Assembly (NCBI GenBank): GCA_017609945.1
Contig: JAFCCZ010000001.1
Span: 1 to 40,068, forward strand
Source of the DNA: Candidatus Iainarchaeum sp.
GTDB lineage: Archaea > Iainarchaeota > Iainarchaeia > Iainarchaeales > GCA-2688035
DNA: 40,068 bases
Reading direction: 5' to 3'
The notes beneath the pieces were generated by a model, which was not told the DNA's origin, did no database searches, and saw only the letters and a list, made by a program, of their open reading frames with translations. Both the position numbers and the translations under genes were made by a program. Below are positions 15,890 to 24,101 of the stretch, one piece after another; the first letter of the stretch is position 1, and every line of letters begins with the position of its first letter.

Positions 15890-18800
15890 TTAACCTTCCC
15901 ATGCACGGAGAACCCGCTTGAGCTTCTGGGTTTTTACCTCATCCTTTTTCTTTCGCTTGAAGCGGACTGCGAAGACGAGAAGCCCTGCGGCAATTATTGG
16001 CAAGAGGAAAATTGGAAGTGGTTGAAGGGGGGCAAGGGAGAGCATTCCAACAGCGGTCCTTGAAAGGGTTATTGATCGAAGGAAATCCTTGCTCTTTAGT
16101 GCAAGCTCGCTTTCCTCAAGCATTGCAATGGCTTGCTCGCCAGGGTTGTTTCTGTTGAAAAGGTTTGCGGCAGAGTTGAAGCTTGAGAATGCGTCCTCCT
16201 CCAAATGCTTAAGAGAATTAGACAGTTCGCTATCTATAGCAAGGGCTTTTTCCTCTTTTTTGGTGAGCTCGGCAGCAAAGCCTTCAGCAAGCGAAAGCGC
16301 TTCTGAGTAGCTTTTGGCATTGTAAAGCGAACTGAATTCGTTAAACTTTTCCTTAAGGCTTGGTGAAAGAAACTGCTCTATCTCCAGGCCAATTCCATCC
16401 AGTCTTGAAAGGCTTGTTGGAGAAACATACTTTGCCTTGATTATGTCCATCTCTTGAACGCTTTCAAGCAAAGCGGTTAATTGAATAATCTTTGAGGGAA
16501 TGGAAAAAAACAAAAGCGAATTTAGGGCGTCAATTCTTTTTGCGGTGGAATCAAGCCTTTCCATAGCTTCAGCACCAGGGGCCCCTGAGAACGTTTGTTC
16601 TTTCTTTTCCACGGCCTCGGGCAAGCTGATTGGTTTGAGAAGATTAAATTCTACTTCAAGCTCGTCCAATGATTCCCCTATTGCAGCAAGCTCGTTTATT
16701 TTTTCCCTGCTCTCAAAAAAGCTTTCCTGGAAATAGGAAAGCTTTTCAAACTGGGATTGGGCTTTGCCGCTGATTTCTTCGGACCGGGAAGTTGAAAGTG
16801 ATTGGGCACGGTCTCTCTGGGATTCAAGCTGCTGCTGCCAAAAAGAGGCAATGTCCTCAACTTCAAGAAGCAAAAAGAAGTAGTAGGACTCCTGGCCAGG
16901 GAAAAGGGTATCCGGCCAAAAGGCGATATTTTTGCCTGAAAGAGTGTTAAATTTCACGTCTTTTCCGCTTTCGTCAACAAATTCCATCACGGTTATAGTG
17001 TTTCCTGTTATTTCCAGCGGAACTGTTATCTGCACATTTTCAAGGGGGATAGGGAGGTTGTTTGCGGCAGATAGCTTAAAGCGGTATATCGTATTGGTTT
17101 CAGTTACCTTGCTTGATTCCAGAAGCTCGGTTTCAAGAGAGATTGGATTTTGCACGGAAAAGTAAAACAAAATCTCTTCCCCGTTGGAAACGTTCTCCAA
17201 ATCAAGTGAGACAACATTTCCTTGCTTCAGGAAACCAAGAGACCTTTCCTTGAAGTAGGCCCTCACATCTTTTGTTTCAAGTGGGCTGTCCAAAAGCAGA
17301 ATTTCTGCCCTGAGCTTTGAGATTGCGACATCGGAATTTATTGAAATAGTTTTCTTAAAAACTGCCTGGAAGCGGTCAACGCTCAAAAGTTCAGTGTGTT
17401 CCGTGAAAGAAGTTTCAACAACGCTCGCAAAGTCAAGAACTGTGAGACCGGGAGGAAGGTGTGAAACGGTTATGAAAACATCGCTTCCTGAAACTCTTGC
17501 AGAGGTTACGTGTGAGGGAGCCTCAATAAGGCCACCAAGCTCAAAACCCAGTGGAAAAACTAATGTGTGTTCTCCCTGCAAATCAAATCCTGCGGGATTT
17601 TCAATGACAAGCCGTGCAACTGCCTTGGAGCGTTCCCCAAGCACAGGGATGGAATCCTGAACAATTTTTGCGGAAAAACTTTCGGCAAGGGCATTGCTAA
17701 TGGAGGAGAAAAGAAGGCTGTTAATCTCAAATTCGAGGCGGTCCAGTTGCAGTTCAATTTCTGGAAGAGCGGGCAGAGCAATTTCAAGGACCACGTCGTT
17801 TTCTGTGAAATATTTCTCAAGACCGGAAAGCTTTTTGGAAAGGGCGGTTAAATCTTTTTCTTCAACGGCATTTGGGAAACTGCTTTTCAGTGCAGTAATG
17901 TCCTGAAATGCCTTTCTGCAGGAAAGGTATTTTTGGAAAACGCTCTGCAGAGAATTATCATTGCGAAGGAAATTGCCTAAATCCCCTTCAAGGATTCTGC
18001 AGAAATGATTTAGGCTTGAAATGTTTTCCTCTGACGGCTTTATTGATTTGATTGCCTCAAAACGCCTTGCAAAATCTGATAAATCAAACTCTGAAGCAGG
18101 TAAAAGAATTGCTTGAACTTTGGCCATGCACTCCTCAAAAGAGGCGTTTTCGGAAGCTGTAAAAGAATAAAAATCGCTTAAGGCAAGCTGCAACGAATCA
18201 AACTCAAGCAAAACGTCTCTGCAGATGGGGAGGGATTTTCCACTGTCCGCCTTGTTGAAAAGCCCTATCTTGAATTTAATTCTTGCCCTGAGGTCGCTTG
18301 CGGTGGATGCAGCGCTTTCAGGAAACTCCAGATCGGAAACAGAGGTGCTTATTTGGGCTATTCTTTCCCTGCAAATTGCTGCCGTTCCTTCAATAAACTC
18401 TGTTGAAAGATAGTGAATGTTTTCGTTCAAGAGCTCTGAGTTGGAAACAAGTTCCTTAAGCCGGGCTGCCTTCTTTCCCAAAGAAAGCTCGTTCAAAAAG
18501 CTTGCCCTCTGCAGTTTAAAAAACTCTGACTTAAGCGCGCCCAATTCCGCGTTTGCTTTTTCGTTAAATCCTGACAGGTTTTGGATTCCAAAGCGTTGCG
18601 CCTCAATTGAGCTGTCCTTCCCAAGAAGGGAGTAAATGCTTTGGAAAAGGCCCTGGTCAGAACTTGCAAAAGATTTGGCGGAGAGCTCCGCAATCCCTAA
18701 TTCGGTTTCGGTAAAGTTTTCCTGCAACTTCTGTTCCAGCTCAGTGTTTCTTTGTATTAGACCAGCTCTATTCCGCGCATTTGCCTTAACCAGAAGGGCA

Positions 18801-19675
18801 AACCTTTCAGCAGAGCTGTTCTCCGTCCCGCAGAGGCCGCTGTAAATCTGAAAGAATTCAAAGGACGGAAATTCGGGCAGAACCAGTGCGGCCTGCCTTA
18901 GCTTAAGCAGTTGGTTTAAGTAAGTGATAAATGAATCAATCGCGTCGCTGAGGAAAGGGAGTTCAAGTGAATGGGATTTTGCCTCCTCTGAAACAAATTT
19001 ACCCTTGCCCTCAAGCAGGTCAAGCAAATTCTTTTCCTGGACTATTTTTGAGGAAAAGCCGGTTCTGCCAACAAGCTGTTGAAAAGCGTGGATGTTATCC
19101 AAATAATACCCGGCAAAAGTTTGCGGGCCAGATTTGCCTGACTCCAAATCGTTGAGGTTGTTGTTTATTGCCACAAAGGAATCAAAAAGCGGCTCCTCGG
19201 TAATTAATTCAACGTCTTCCCTTTCAAGATCCTGTTTTTCAAAAAGAACAAACGAAAAAGCGTTTTCAAAGGCCGAATCAGAGTGCTTAAAGGCCATTCT
19301 GAGTGAATGATTTAGTTCATTTATGTGAACGGGAATGCTGCCAGTGTTTTGCAGTGAAGAGCAAGCCTGCTTTATTGCCAAAACACTCTTGTTTGCCTTA
19401 TTGAAGTAAAGCCAGCTTGCCGCAAGATTGTTTTTGAATGAGTAAATCTCTTCCCTTGGCTTGGAAGAGAAAACAGTTTCGTTAAATCCAAAGAATTCCT
19501 GCTCAACCTTTGCAAAACACTCCTGCTGGCTTTCACAGCGAGGGACGTGTGCATAGGCCCTACTACTAAGCTCAATGCACTTTTGCCTCTGTTGAATTGA
19601 AAGTTCAGAGCTAATGCAACCGCTGAAGGAAAGCAGAACCAGTATAACAATTGCAAGTATTGTTTTGCTAAGCAT
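15890..19675 (-). CDS. Large (1261 aa) envelope protein: lipobox-like signal, long alpha-helical/coiled-coil regions, central beta-rich region, C-terminal TM + basic tail
   Basis: ORF 15890..19717. ATG at 19675 gives MLSKTILAIVILVLLSFSGC. C-terminus is LPIFLLPIIAAGLLVFAVRFKRKKKDE. No enzymatic motif seen. Confidence 0.7.
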   Translation of the reverse strand: MLSKTILAIVILVLLSFSGCISSELSIQQRQKCIELSSRAYAHVPRCESQQECFAKVEQEFFGFNETVFSSKPREEIYSFKNNLAASWLYFNKANKSVLAIKQACSSLQNTGSIPVHINELNHSLRMAFKHSDSAFENAFSFVLFEKQDLEREDVELITEEPLFDSFVAINNNLNDLESGKSGPQTFAGYYLDNIHAFQQLVGRTGFSSKIVQEKNLLDLLEGKGKFVSEEAKSHSLELPFLSDAIDSFITYLNQLLKLRQAALVLPEFPSFEFFQIYSGLCGTENSSAERFALLVKANARNRAGLIQRNTELEQKLQENFTETELGIAELSAKSFASSDQGLFQSIYSLLGKDSSIEAQRFGIQNLSGFNEKANAELGALKSEFFKLQRASFLNELSLGKKAARLKELVSNSELLNENIHYLSTEFIEGTAAICRERIAQISTSVSDLEFPESAASTASDLRARIKFKIGLFNKADSGKSLPICRDVLLEFDSLQLALSDFYSFTASENASFEECMAKVQAILLPASEFDLSDFARRFEAIKSIKPSEENISSLNHFCRILEGDLGNFLRNDNSLQSVFQKYLSCRKAFQDITALKSSFPNAVEEKDLTALSKKLSGLEKYFTENDVVLEIALPALPEIELQLDRLEFEINSLLFSSISNALAESFSAKIVQDSIPVLGERSKAVARLVIENPAGFDLQGEHTLVFPLGFELGGLIEAPSHVTSARVSGSDVFITVSHLPPGLTVLDFASVVETSFTEHTELLSVDRFQAVFKKTISINSDVAISKLRAEILLLDSPLETKDVRAYFKERSLGFLKQGNVVSLDLENVSNGEEILFYFSVQNPISLETELLESSKVTETNTIYRFKLSAANNLPIPLENVQITVPLEITGNTITVMEFVDESGKDVKFNTLSGKNIAFWPDTLFPGQESYYFFLLLEVEDIASFWQQQLESQRDRAQSLSTSRSEEISGKAQSQFEKLSYFQESFFESREKINELAAIGESLDELEVEFNLLKPISLPEAVEKKEQTFSGAPGAEAMERLDSTAKRIDALNSLLFFSIPSKIIQLTALLESVQEMDIIKAKYVSPTSLSRLDGIGLEIEQFLSPSLKEKFNEFSSLYNAKSYSEALSLAEGFAAELTKKEEKALAIDSELSNSLKHLEEDAFSSFNSAANLFNRNNPGEQAIAMLEESELALKSKDFLRSITLSRTAVGMLSLAPLQPLPIFLLPIIAAGLLVFAVRFKRKKKDEVKTQKLKRVLRAWEG

Positions 19676-19735
19676 AATTGAGACACGAAAGAAAAAATTT
19701 ATTAAGCGCAGCAGCAATTCGACAAAAAGCGAATA

Positions 19736-19743
19736 TTAAAATA
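19736..19743 (+). promoter_or_regulatory. TATA-box-like element (TTAAAATA)
   Basis: Lies 22-29 nt upstream of ATG 19765 in the divergent spacer between the 1261-aa gene and the 216-aa gene. Confidence 0.3.
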
Positions 19744-19764
19744 GTTTCACTTCCAGTTTCTATA

Positions 19765-20415
19765 ATGGCTCGGAGAAAGCGCGGGGAGCAAAAAGGCCCG
19801 AGGCCGAAGAGAGCGAGGCGCTTAATTAAGCTAAAGATGAACCTGCTCTCTTTTTCCAAAAAAAGTTCGACGAGATTGCTTTCCACGTTTATTGGAAGGC
19901 CTGCGCTAACAAAACGCATATTTGCAAAGAATAAAGATTTAGAATCAATTATGTTTTACAGTGGCAATCTGGCATTTGTAAGTCGGGAAGAAGTTAAAGT
20001 AATGGGCGGGAAATGGAAAAATAGGCCGATTCCTCAAAGCCTTAAGCGCTTTCGCATATTTACGAGGGAAGAGATTGAATCATTGAGAGAAAACATGAGA
20101 AATGTAGGCAGGGGAGGAATGACTGTTAAAAAGGTAGAAGCAAAGTATACTGAAATGTGCAAAGAAAAAGAGAGAGTGCTGGATATTGCACACGCTGATC
20201 CCAATCTTACAGCCTATCTCTTCAAGGAAGCGCGGCAGGCAATAGAAGCGGACCCAAGAATACGAAAGATAGTTATTGAAGCTATAGAGTCCACAATAAG
20301 AAGTGAAGAAAAATCGCACTTTTTTGGATTTAGATTAAAAACTGGGAAACTTGCCCATATCGATGCTACCAGAGACGGCCGCGGTGGTTGGACATTCCGC
20401 AAGCGTATTTCCTAA
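19765..20415 (+). CDS. Hypothetical basic protein (216 aa)
   Basis: In-frame ATG 19765 (MARRKRGEQKGPRPKRARR...) within ORF 19678..20415. No family recognised. Confidence 0.5.
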   Translation: MARRKRGEQKGPRPKRARRLIKLKMNLLSFSKKSSTRLLSTFIGRPALTKRIFAKNKDLESIMFYSGNLAFVSREEVKVMGGKWKNRPIPQSLKRFRIFTREEIESLRENMRNVGRGGMTVKKVEAKYTEMCKEKERVLDIAHADPNLTAYLFKEARQAIEADPRIRKIVIEAIESTIRSEEKSHFFGFRLKTGKLAHIDATRDGRGGWTFRKRIS

Positions 20416-20454
20416 AAGAAACTGTAAAAAACTCTTTCGTTGAAATGTTTTAAT

Positions 20455-21054
20455 ATGAACGAAAAATTTTCATTAAAGGACGGGTCAGAGCTTATAGCTC
20501 TTGCGCGAAAGAGTATTAGATACACTTCGGCAAGCGGCAAAAAGCTGAGTGAGAAAACTGGGAAGAAAAGGCTTTTGGAGAAAAGGGGCTGCTTTGTAAC
20601 GCTCAACACTTTTCCTGACAGGGAATTAAGGGGCTGTATTGGATTCCCCTACCCCATACTGCCAGTTTGGAGTGCGATAATTGAGGGAGCGGTACAGGCC
20701 GCTTTCAACGACCCAAGGTTTCCAAAGCTGCAGGCAAGCGAGCTTGACAAGGTTGTGCTGGAGATAAGCATTCTGACTCTTCCTGAAGAAATTACCGGGG
20801 GAAAAAGCGGAATTGCTGAAGATATTATTGTAGGAAAAGACGGGCTTATAGTTAAGAAAGGGGGCCACTCGGGACTGCTACTTCCGCAGGTTGCAAGCGA
20901 GTACAGCTGGAGCCCGGAAACGTTCTTGGATGAGTGCTGTAGAAAAGCAAGTATTATACCGGGAAGCTGGCGGCAGGCAGGGTGTTCAGTGTTCAAGTTC
21001 CAGGCGCAGATTTTTTCAGAGAAAGAACCAGACGGAGAAGTTGAAGAACATTAG
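20455..21054 (+). CDS. AMMECR1 domain protein
   Basis: GCFVTLNTFPDRELRGCIGFPYP and FNDPRFPKL motifs, and LLLPQVA. ATG 20455 (MNEKFSL...) is preferred over TTG 20440. Confidence 0.85.
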   Translation: MNEKFSLKDGSELIALARKSIRYTSASGKKLSEKTGKKRLLEKRGCFVTLNTFPDRELRGCIGFPYPILPVWSAIIEGAVQAAFNDPRFPKLQASELDKVVLEISILTLPEEITGGKSGIAEDIIVGKDGLIVKKGGHSGLLLPQVASEYSWSPETFLDECCRKASIIPGSWRQAGCSVFKFQAQIFSEKEPDGEVEEH

Positions 21055-21062
21055 CTTGCAGG

Positions 21063-21344
21063 TTAACCCTGCTGGCGGTAAAGCCCTAAATTGCGCTCGC
21101 ACTCTTTTAAGAGCGTGTTCAAATCATCATTTTGCTGGTAGCAGGCATTATTTTCTTCGTCCAGAACTAAAACTTGTGTTTTGCAGAAGCGCAAATCGTC
21201 AATGCACTCGTCTGAGAGAAGCGGCTCAAGGTAATAGTGCTGGACAAGCATTCCGACAAATATTCCAAACAGTATGAGGAAGAAGGTGATAATTCTCTTG
21301 CTTGACCAGAACTTTCTTGCAACCTTTTCAGCCACGTTAATCAA
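21063..21344 (-). CDS. Possible small single-pass membrane protein (about 93 aa)
   Basis: The ORF 21063..21506 N-terminus overlaps Taw1 and is unlikely to be coding. TTG 21344 or GTG 21335 lie just after the Taw1 stop. One TM (IITFFLILFGIFVGMLV) precedes an acidic tail with 3 Cys. Confidence 0.35.
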   Translation of the reverse strand: MINVAEKVARKFWSSKRIITFFLILFGIFVGMLVQHYYLEPLLSDECIDDLRFCKTQVLVLDEENNACYQQNDDLNTLLKECERNLGLYRQQG

Positions 21345-22278
21345 TCCCTGTTTTCTTTTTACCGCTTGAAAGCAAAACCACACGGGAGGGTTTGCTTTCT
21401 CCAGCAATAGTATAACCAAGGTGCTTATTAATTTTTTCTGCAAACTCCAAAACCTGGGGGTGAAAAGGCATGTTTTCCTCCAAAAGGCGTTGCCTTGAGT
21501 ATCCAATAAACATGTATGCCTTTACCTCTAAAAAATCGGGTCGCGCCTTTTCGATGAGAGAGGCAAATTCCTTTTCGTGATTCATGTTCAGGCCGTTGAT
21601 TGCTGTAATGCGAATTGCTTTCCTAGTTTTAATTGAGGGCATTGCCTCAAGGGAAGTATTGATTTTTTCCCAGGAGCCCTTAATTGAGGGGGCATTGATT
21701 TTGCGGTGAAGTCCTTCATTCGGGGCCTCAAGCGAAAGGTAAAGCTGGGTTGGCTTGAGCTTGGAGAACATTTCAGTGTCAAGACCGTTGGAAACAACGA
21801 ATGATGTGAAGCCGTTCTTCTTGTATTCTTTCACGAGCTCAGGGAGTTTGGGGTAGAGAGTGGGTTCGCCCGCAAGGGAAATGGCCACCTGGTTTGGGTT
21901 CATCACCTCCTCAAGCTTTTTCTCCCCAATTTGCTCTCTCAGAGCACCGTATCCTGAAAGGAGAACGCGCTGCTTTGCAATGCTCTCCCCAACAATCTCC
22001 CTTGGTTCAGAGAAATCATTGGGAAAGGGCTCTGGTTTGGTTAGGGGACGCCAGCAAAACTGGCAATTCTGCTGGCACCATGCAACTGCCGGAGTCATCT
22101 GGAGGCAGCGGTGGGATTGAATTCCGTAAAACTTTTGCTTGTAGCAAACCTGGCCTTTGGTGAGAGAGGCCTTGGTCCAGTGGCAGAGCTTGGAAGCTGA
22201 GTGGCCATAGAGACCATAGTGCTGCCTCTTGAGCATTGAAATTGTTTGCTTTGGGATATAGTGTTCTGGGGCCTTCAT
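21337..22278 (-). CDS. taw1: tRNA 4-demethylwyosine synthase (Taw1/TYW1, radical SAM)
   Basis: CHWTKASL...CYKQKFYGIQSHRCLQMTP...WCQQNCQFCWRP shows the auxiliary cluster Cys residues plus CxxxCxxC. ATG 22278 (MKAPEHY). Confidence 0.85.
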   Translation of the reverse strand: MKAPEHYIPKQTISMLKRQHYGLYGHSASKLCHWTKASLTKGQVCYKQKFYGIQSHRCLQMTPAVAWCQQNCQFCWRPLTKPEPFPNDFSEPREIVGESIAKQRVLLSGYGALREQIGEKKLEEVMNPNQVAISLAGEPTLYPKLPELVKEYKKNGFTSFVVSNGLDTEMFSKLKPTQLYLSLEAPNEGLHRKINAPSIKGSWEKINTSLEAMPSIKTRKAIRITAINGLNMNHEKEFASLIEKARPDFLEVKAYMFIGYSRQRLLEENMPFHPQVLEFAEKINKHLGYTIAGESKPSRVVLLSSGKKKTGID

Positions 22279-22402
22279 ATTCAAAAGAAAAGGGCAAATA
22301 TTTAAAAAAACCCTTTATGTAGAATTGCTTTTCGCGATAAATTTATAAAGAAGTTAGGCTTTTATCTATTAGAATTCTAAAAGGTTAACGGGTGAAATAG
22401 GA

Positions 22403-22681
22403 ATGTACAAATACACTATCGCAAGGCAGCTTGCAACAAAGAAGGTAATAACCAATAGGGGGGACGAGGTCGGAAAGCTTTCAGACCTTATGATTGACGA
22501 GAACAACGGCGAGATAGAGCACCTTCTCGTTGAACTTGACAGGGACAGCAAGTTCCTAAAAAGGATTAGTTCAAAGGACCGCGTAATAAAAATCCCATAT
22601 TCTGCGGTAACAGCTGTAAGCGACGTATTCATAGTAGACGAAAGAGAGATAGAGGAAGCAGAGACGGCAGAGGAAAAGTAA
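22403..22681 (+). CDS. PRC-barrel domain protein
   Basis: 92 aa. KKVITNRGDEVGKLSDLMIDENNGEIEHLLVE is typical of archaeal PRC-barrel proteins. GGTGA lies 8 nt upstream of the ATG. Confidence 0.7.
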   Translation: MYKYTIARQLATKKVITNRGDEVGKLSDLMIDENNGEIEHLLVELDRDSKFLKRISSKDRVIKIPYSAVTAVSDVFIVDEREIEEAETAEEK

Positions 22682-22721
22682 ACCTCTGCAACTCCTTTGC
22701 CTTTTCCGGCCAAAACAGATA

Positions 22722-23819
22722 CTAATTCCTGAGCTTAACCACAAGCTTCTTGTTCTTCAAATCAATTTCCTTTAATTCAAAACCAAGCTCTGACAACTTA
22801 TACATAATTTCTTTTTTATTAATTTTGCCCCCTGAAAAAGCCCTGGCCAGCTCAATGGCCTGGCTGATGGCCTGGTAGTTTGCGTAAATTGCCTCAGCGG
22901 CCTGCCTTGAATCCACCGCCTTGCCCTCAAAGACCCCTTTTGACTTGAGCTGTGCATTGAGGTTTTTCTCAAGCTTGTCCTCTTTGGGGGATTTTTTTGG
23001 CTGATCGCGCTTCTGGACAAAATCCTTGGAGAAGAATTCATCTACTGCTCCGTTGAGGGAAGGAACCGGTTCAAAATCTGGAAGAGAGGATGCTTTGAAG
23101 GGAAGCAGCCGTTCGTTGGAAATGCCTGGCTTTAGCTTTTTCAAATCAACTGAGTAAATTGCCTTGAGTTCTGAGAGAAGCCTTTTCAGTTTGGAATCAG
23201 ACAATTTGGGCGCAGAAAGGGTTTTCTCAACACCCGCCCTAATGCAGGCTTCCTCGCCTGCAAAGGGGGCAATGTTTAATGAGGAGACAAGGGTTCTAAT
23301 GCAATCGGAGCTGGAAGAGGAAAAAATCTTTTTGAGCTCCGCAAGTGAGACCTCGGAGGGGTTCAGGCCCTTTGAGGAAGGGAACTTGTAGGGCTGGCCC
23401 TTTGAGATTTTCCTGTCCTTCCACTGTTCCTTGCGGTAAGCCGAAACAATTTCCATTTCCTTTGTGGTTAAGATAAGATTGCCCTTTGCAAAGAGCTCCA
23501 GCACGAGAAAGTACTCATCAAATTCAAGCAGGGTGATTCTGTCAAGGGAGTGCTGCTTGAGGGAAAGAATCTTTTTGTTGGAAAGGCGCTTGCGGAGGAA
23601 TGCCCCAAACCCCGAGGTGGTTTGTTTGGCTGGCAGGGAGTAAGAGGTAACGAAGAATGCGTTTGGGGTAATGATTAGGTCTTTGGTGCCCTGCCTTGTC
23701 TGAAGCTTTAGCTTCAGCCAGTTGTTTGATAGTTCCTGCACCTTGCGAAGAATGCTGTCCTCAATCAGGGGGGAGAGCTCTGCGATCTCGTAAGCCAGGG
23801 AAATGTTTGGGATTTGCAT
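22722..23819 (-). CDS. NFACT-N (FbpA/Rqc2 N-terminal) domain protein, short form lacking NFACT-R
   Basis: 365 aa. Motifs AFLRKRL, LDRITLLEF, LELFAKGNLIL, then an HhH-like segment and a K/E-rich coiled coil. It ends without a DUF814/NFACT-R-like region. Confidence 0.7.
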   Translation of the reverse strand: MQIPNISLAYEIAELSPLIEDSILRKVQELSNNWLKLKLQTRQGTKDLIITPNAFFVTSYSLPAKQTTSGFGAFLRKRLSNKKILSLKQHSLDRITLLEFDEYFLVLELFAKGNLILTTKEMEIVSAYRKEQWKDRKISKGQPYKFPSSKGLNPSEVSLAELKKIFSSSSSDCIRTLVSSLNIAPFAGEEACIRAGVEKTLSAPKLSDSKLKRLLSELKAIYSVDLKKLKPGISNERLLPFKASSLPDFEPVPSLNGAVDEFFSKDFVQKRDQPKKSPKEDKLEKNLNAQLKSKGVFEGKAVDSRQAAEAIYANYQAISQAIELARAFSGGKINKKEIMYKLSELGFELKEIDLKNKKLVVKLRN

Positions 23820-23892
23820 AGAAAAGAGTTAAGGAAAAGTTAGTTTAAATAGTTAAGGGAGTCCCCCTAAAACATTAAACCGTCCGAATTTT

Positions 23893-24099
23893 TTAGAACG
23901 GCAAGCTTGGCGGGCCTTCACCGTTTTCCGCGTCAGGCAATTGGGGCATTGGTGGCTGGCCACAGTCAGCCGGGCAACTCTGCTCTGTTTCGCCTGCGTC
24001 ACAGATTCCATTGCCACAAGACTGTTGGATTGGGCCAACGCATCCGCTTAAGAGCAAGGCAATTGCCAGCACAGCGATTAAAACAATTTTTTTATTCAT
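23893..24099 (-). CDS. 68-aa lipobox-type secreted protein with a single CGNGICD...CPADCG module
   Basis: MNKKIVLIAVLAIALLLSGC then SCGNGICDAGETEQSCPADCG and a Pro-rich tail. The ATG lies 2 nt after the giant gene's TAA, and GGAGGG is 7 nt upstream. Confidence 0.65.
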   Translation of the reverse strand: MNKKIVLIAVLAIALLLSGCVGPIQQSCGNGICDAGETEQSCPADCGQPPMPQLPDAENGEGPPSLPF

Positions 24100-24101
24100 C
24101 T

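Noticed and set aside
21345-21506. N-terminal part of ORF 21063..21506
   Set aside because: It overlaps the 3' end of Taw1 in another frame. Only the part after the Taw1 stop is kept, as a low-confidence small membrane protein.
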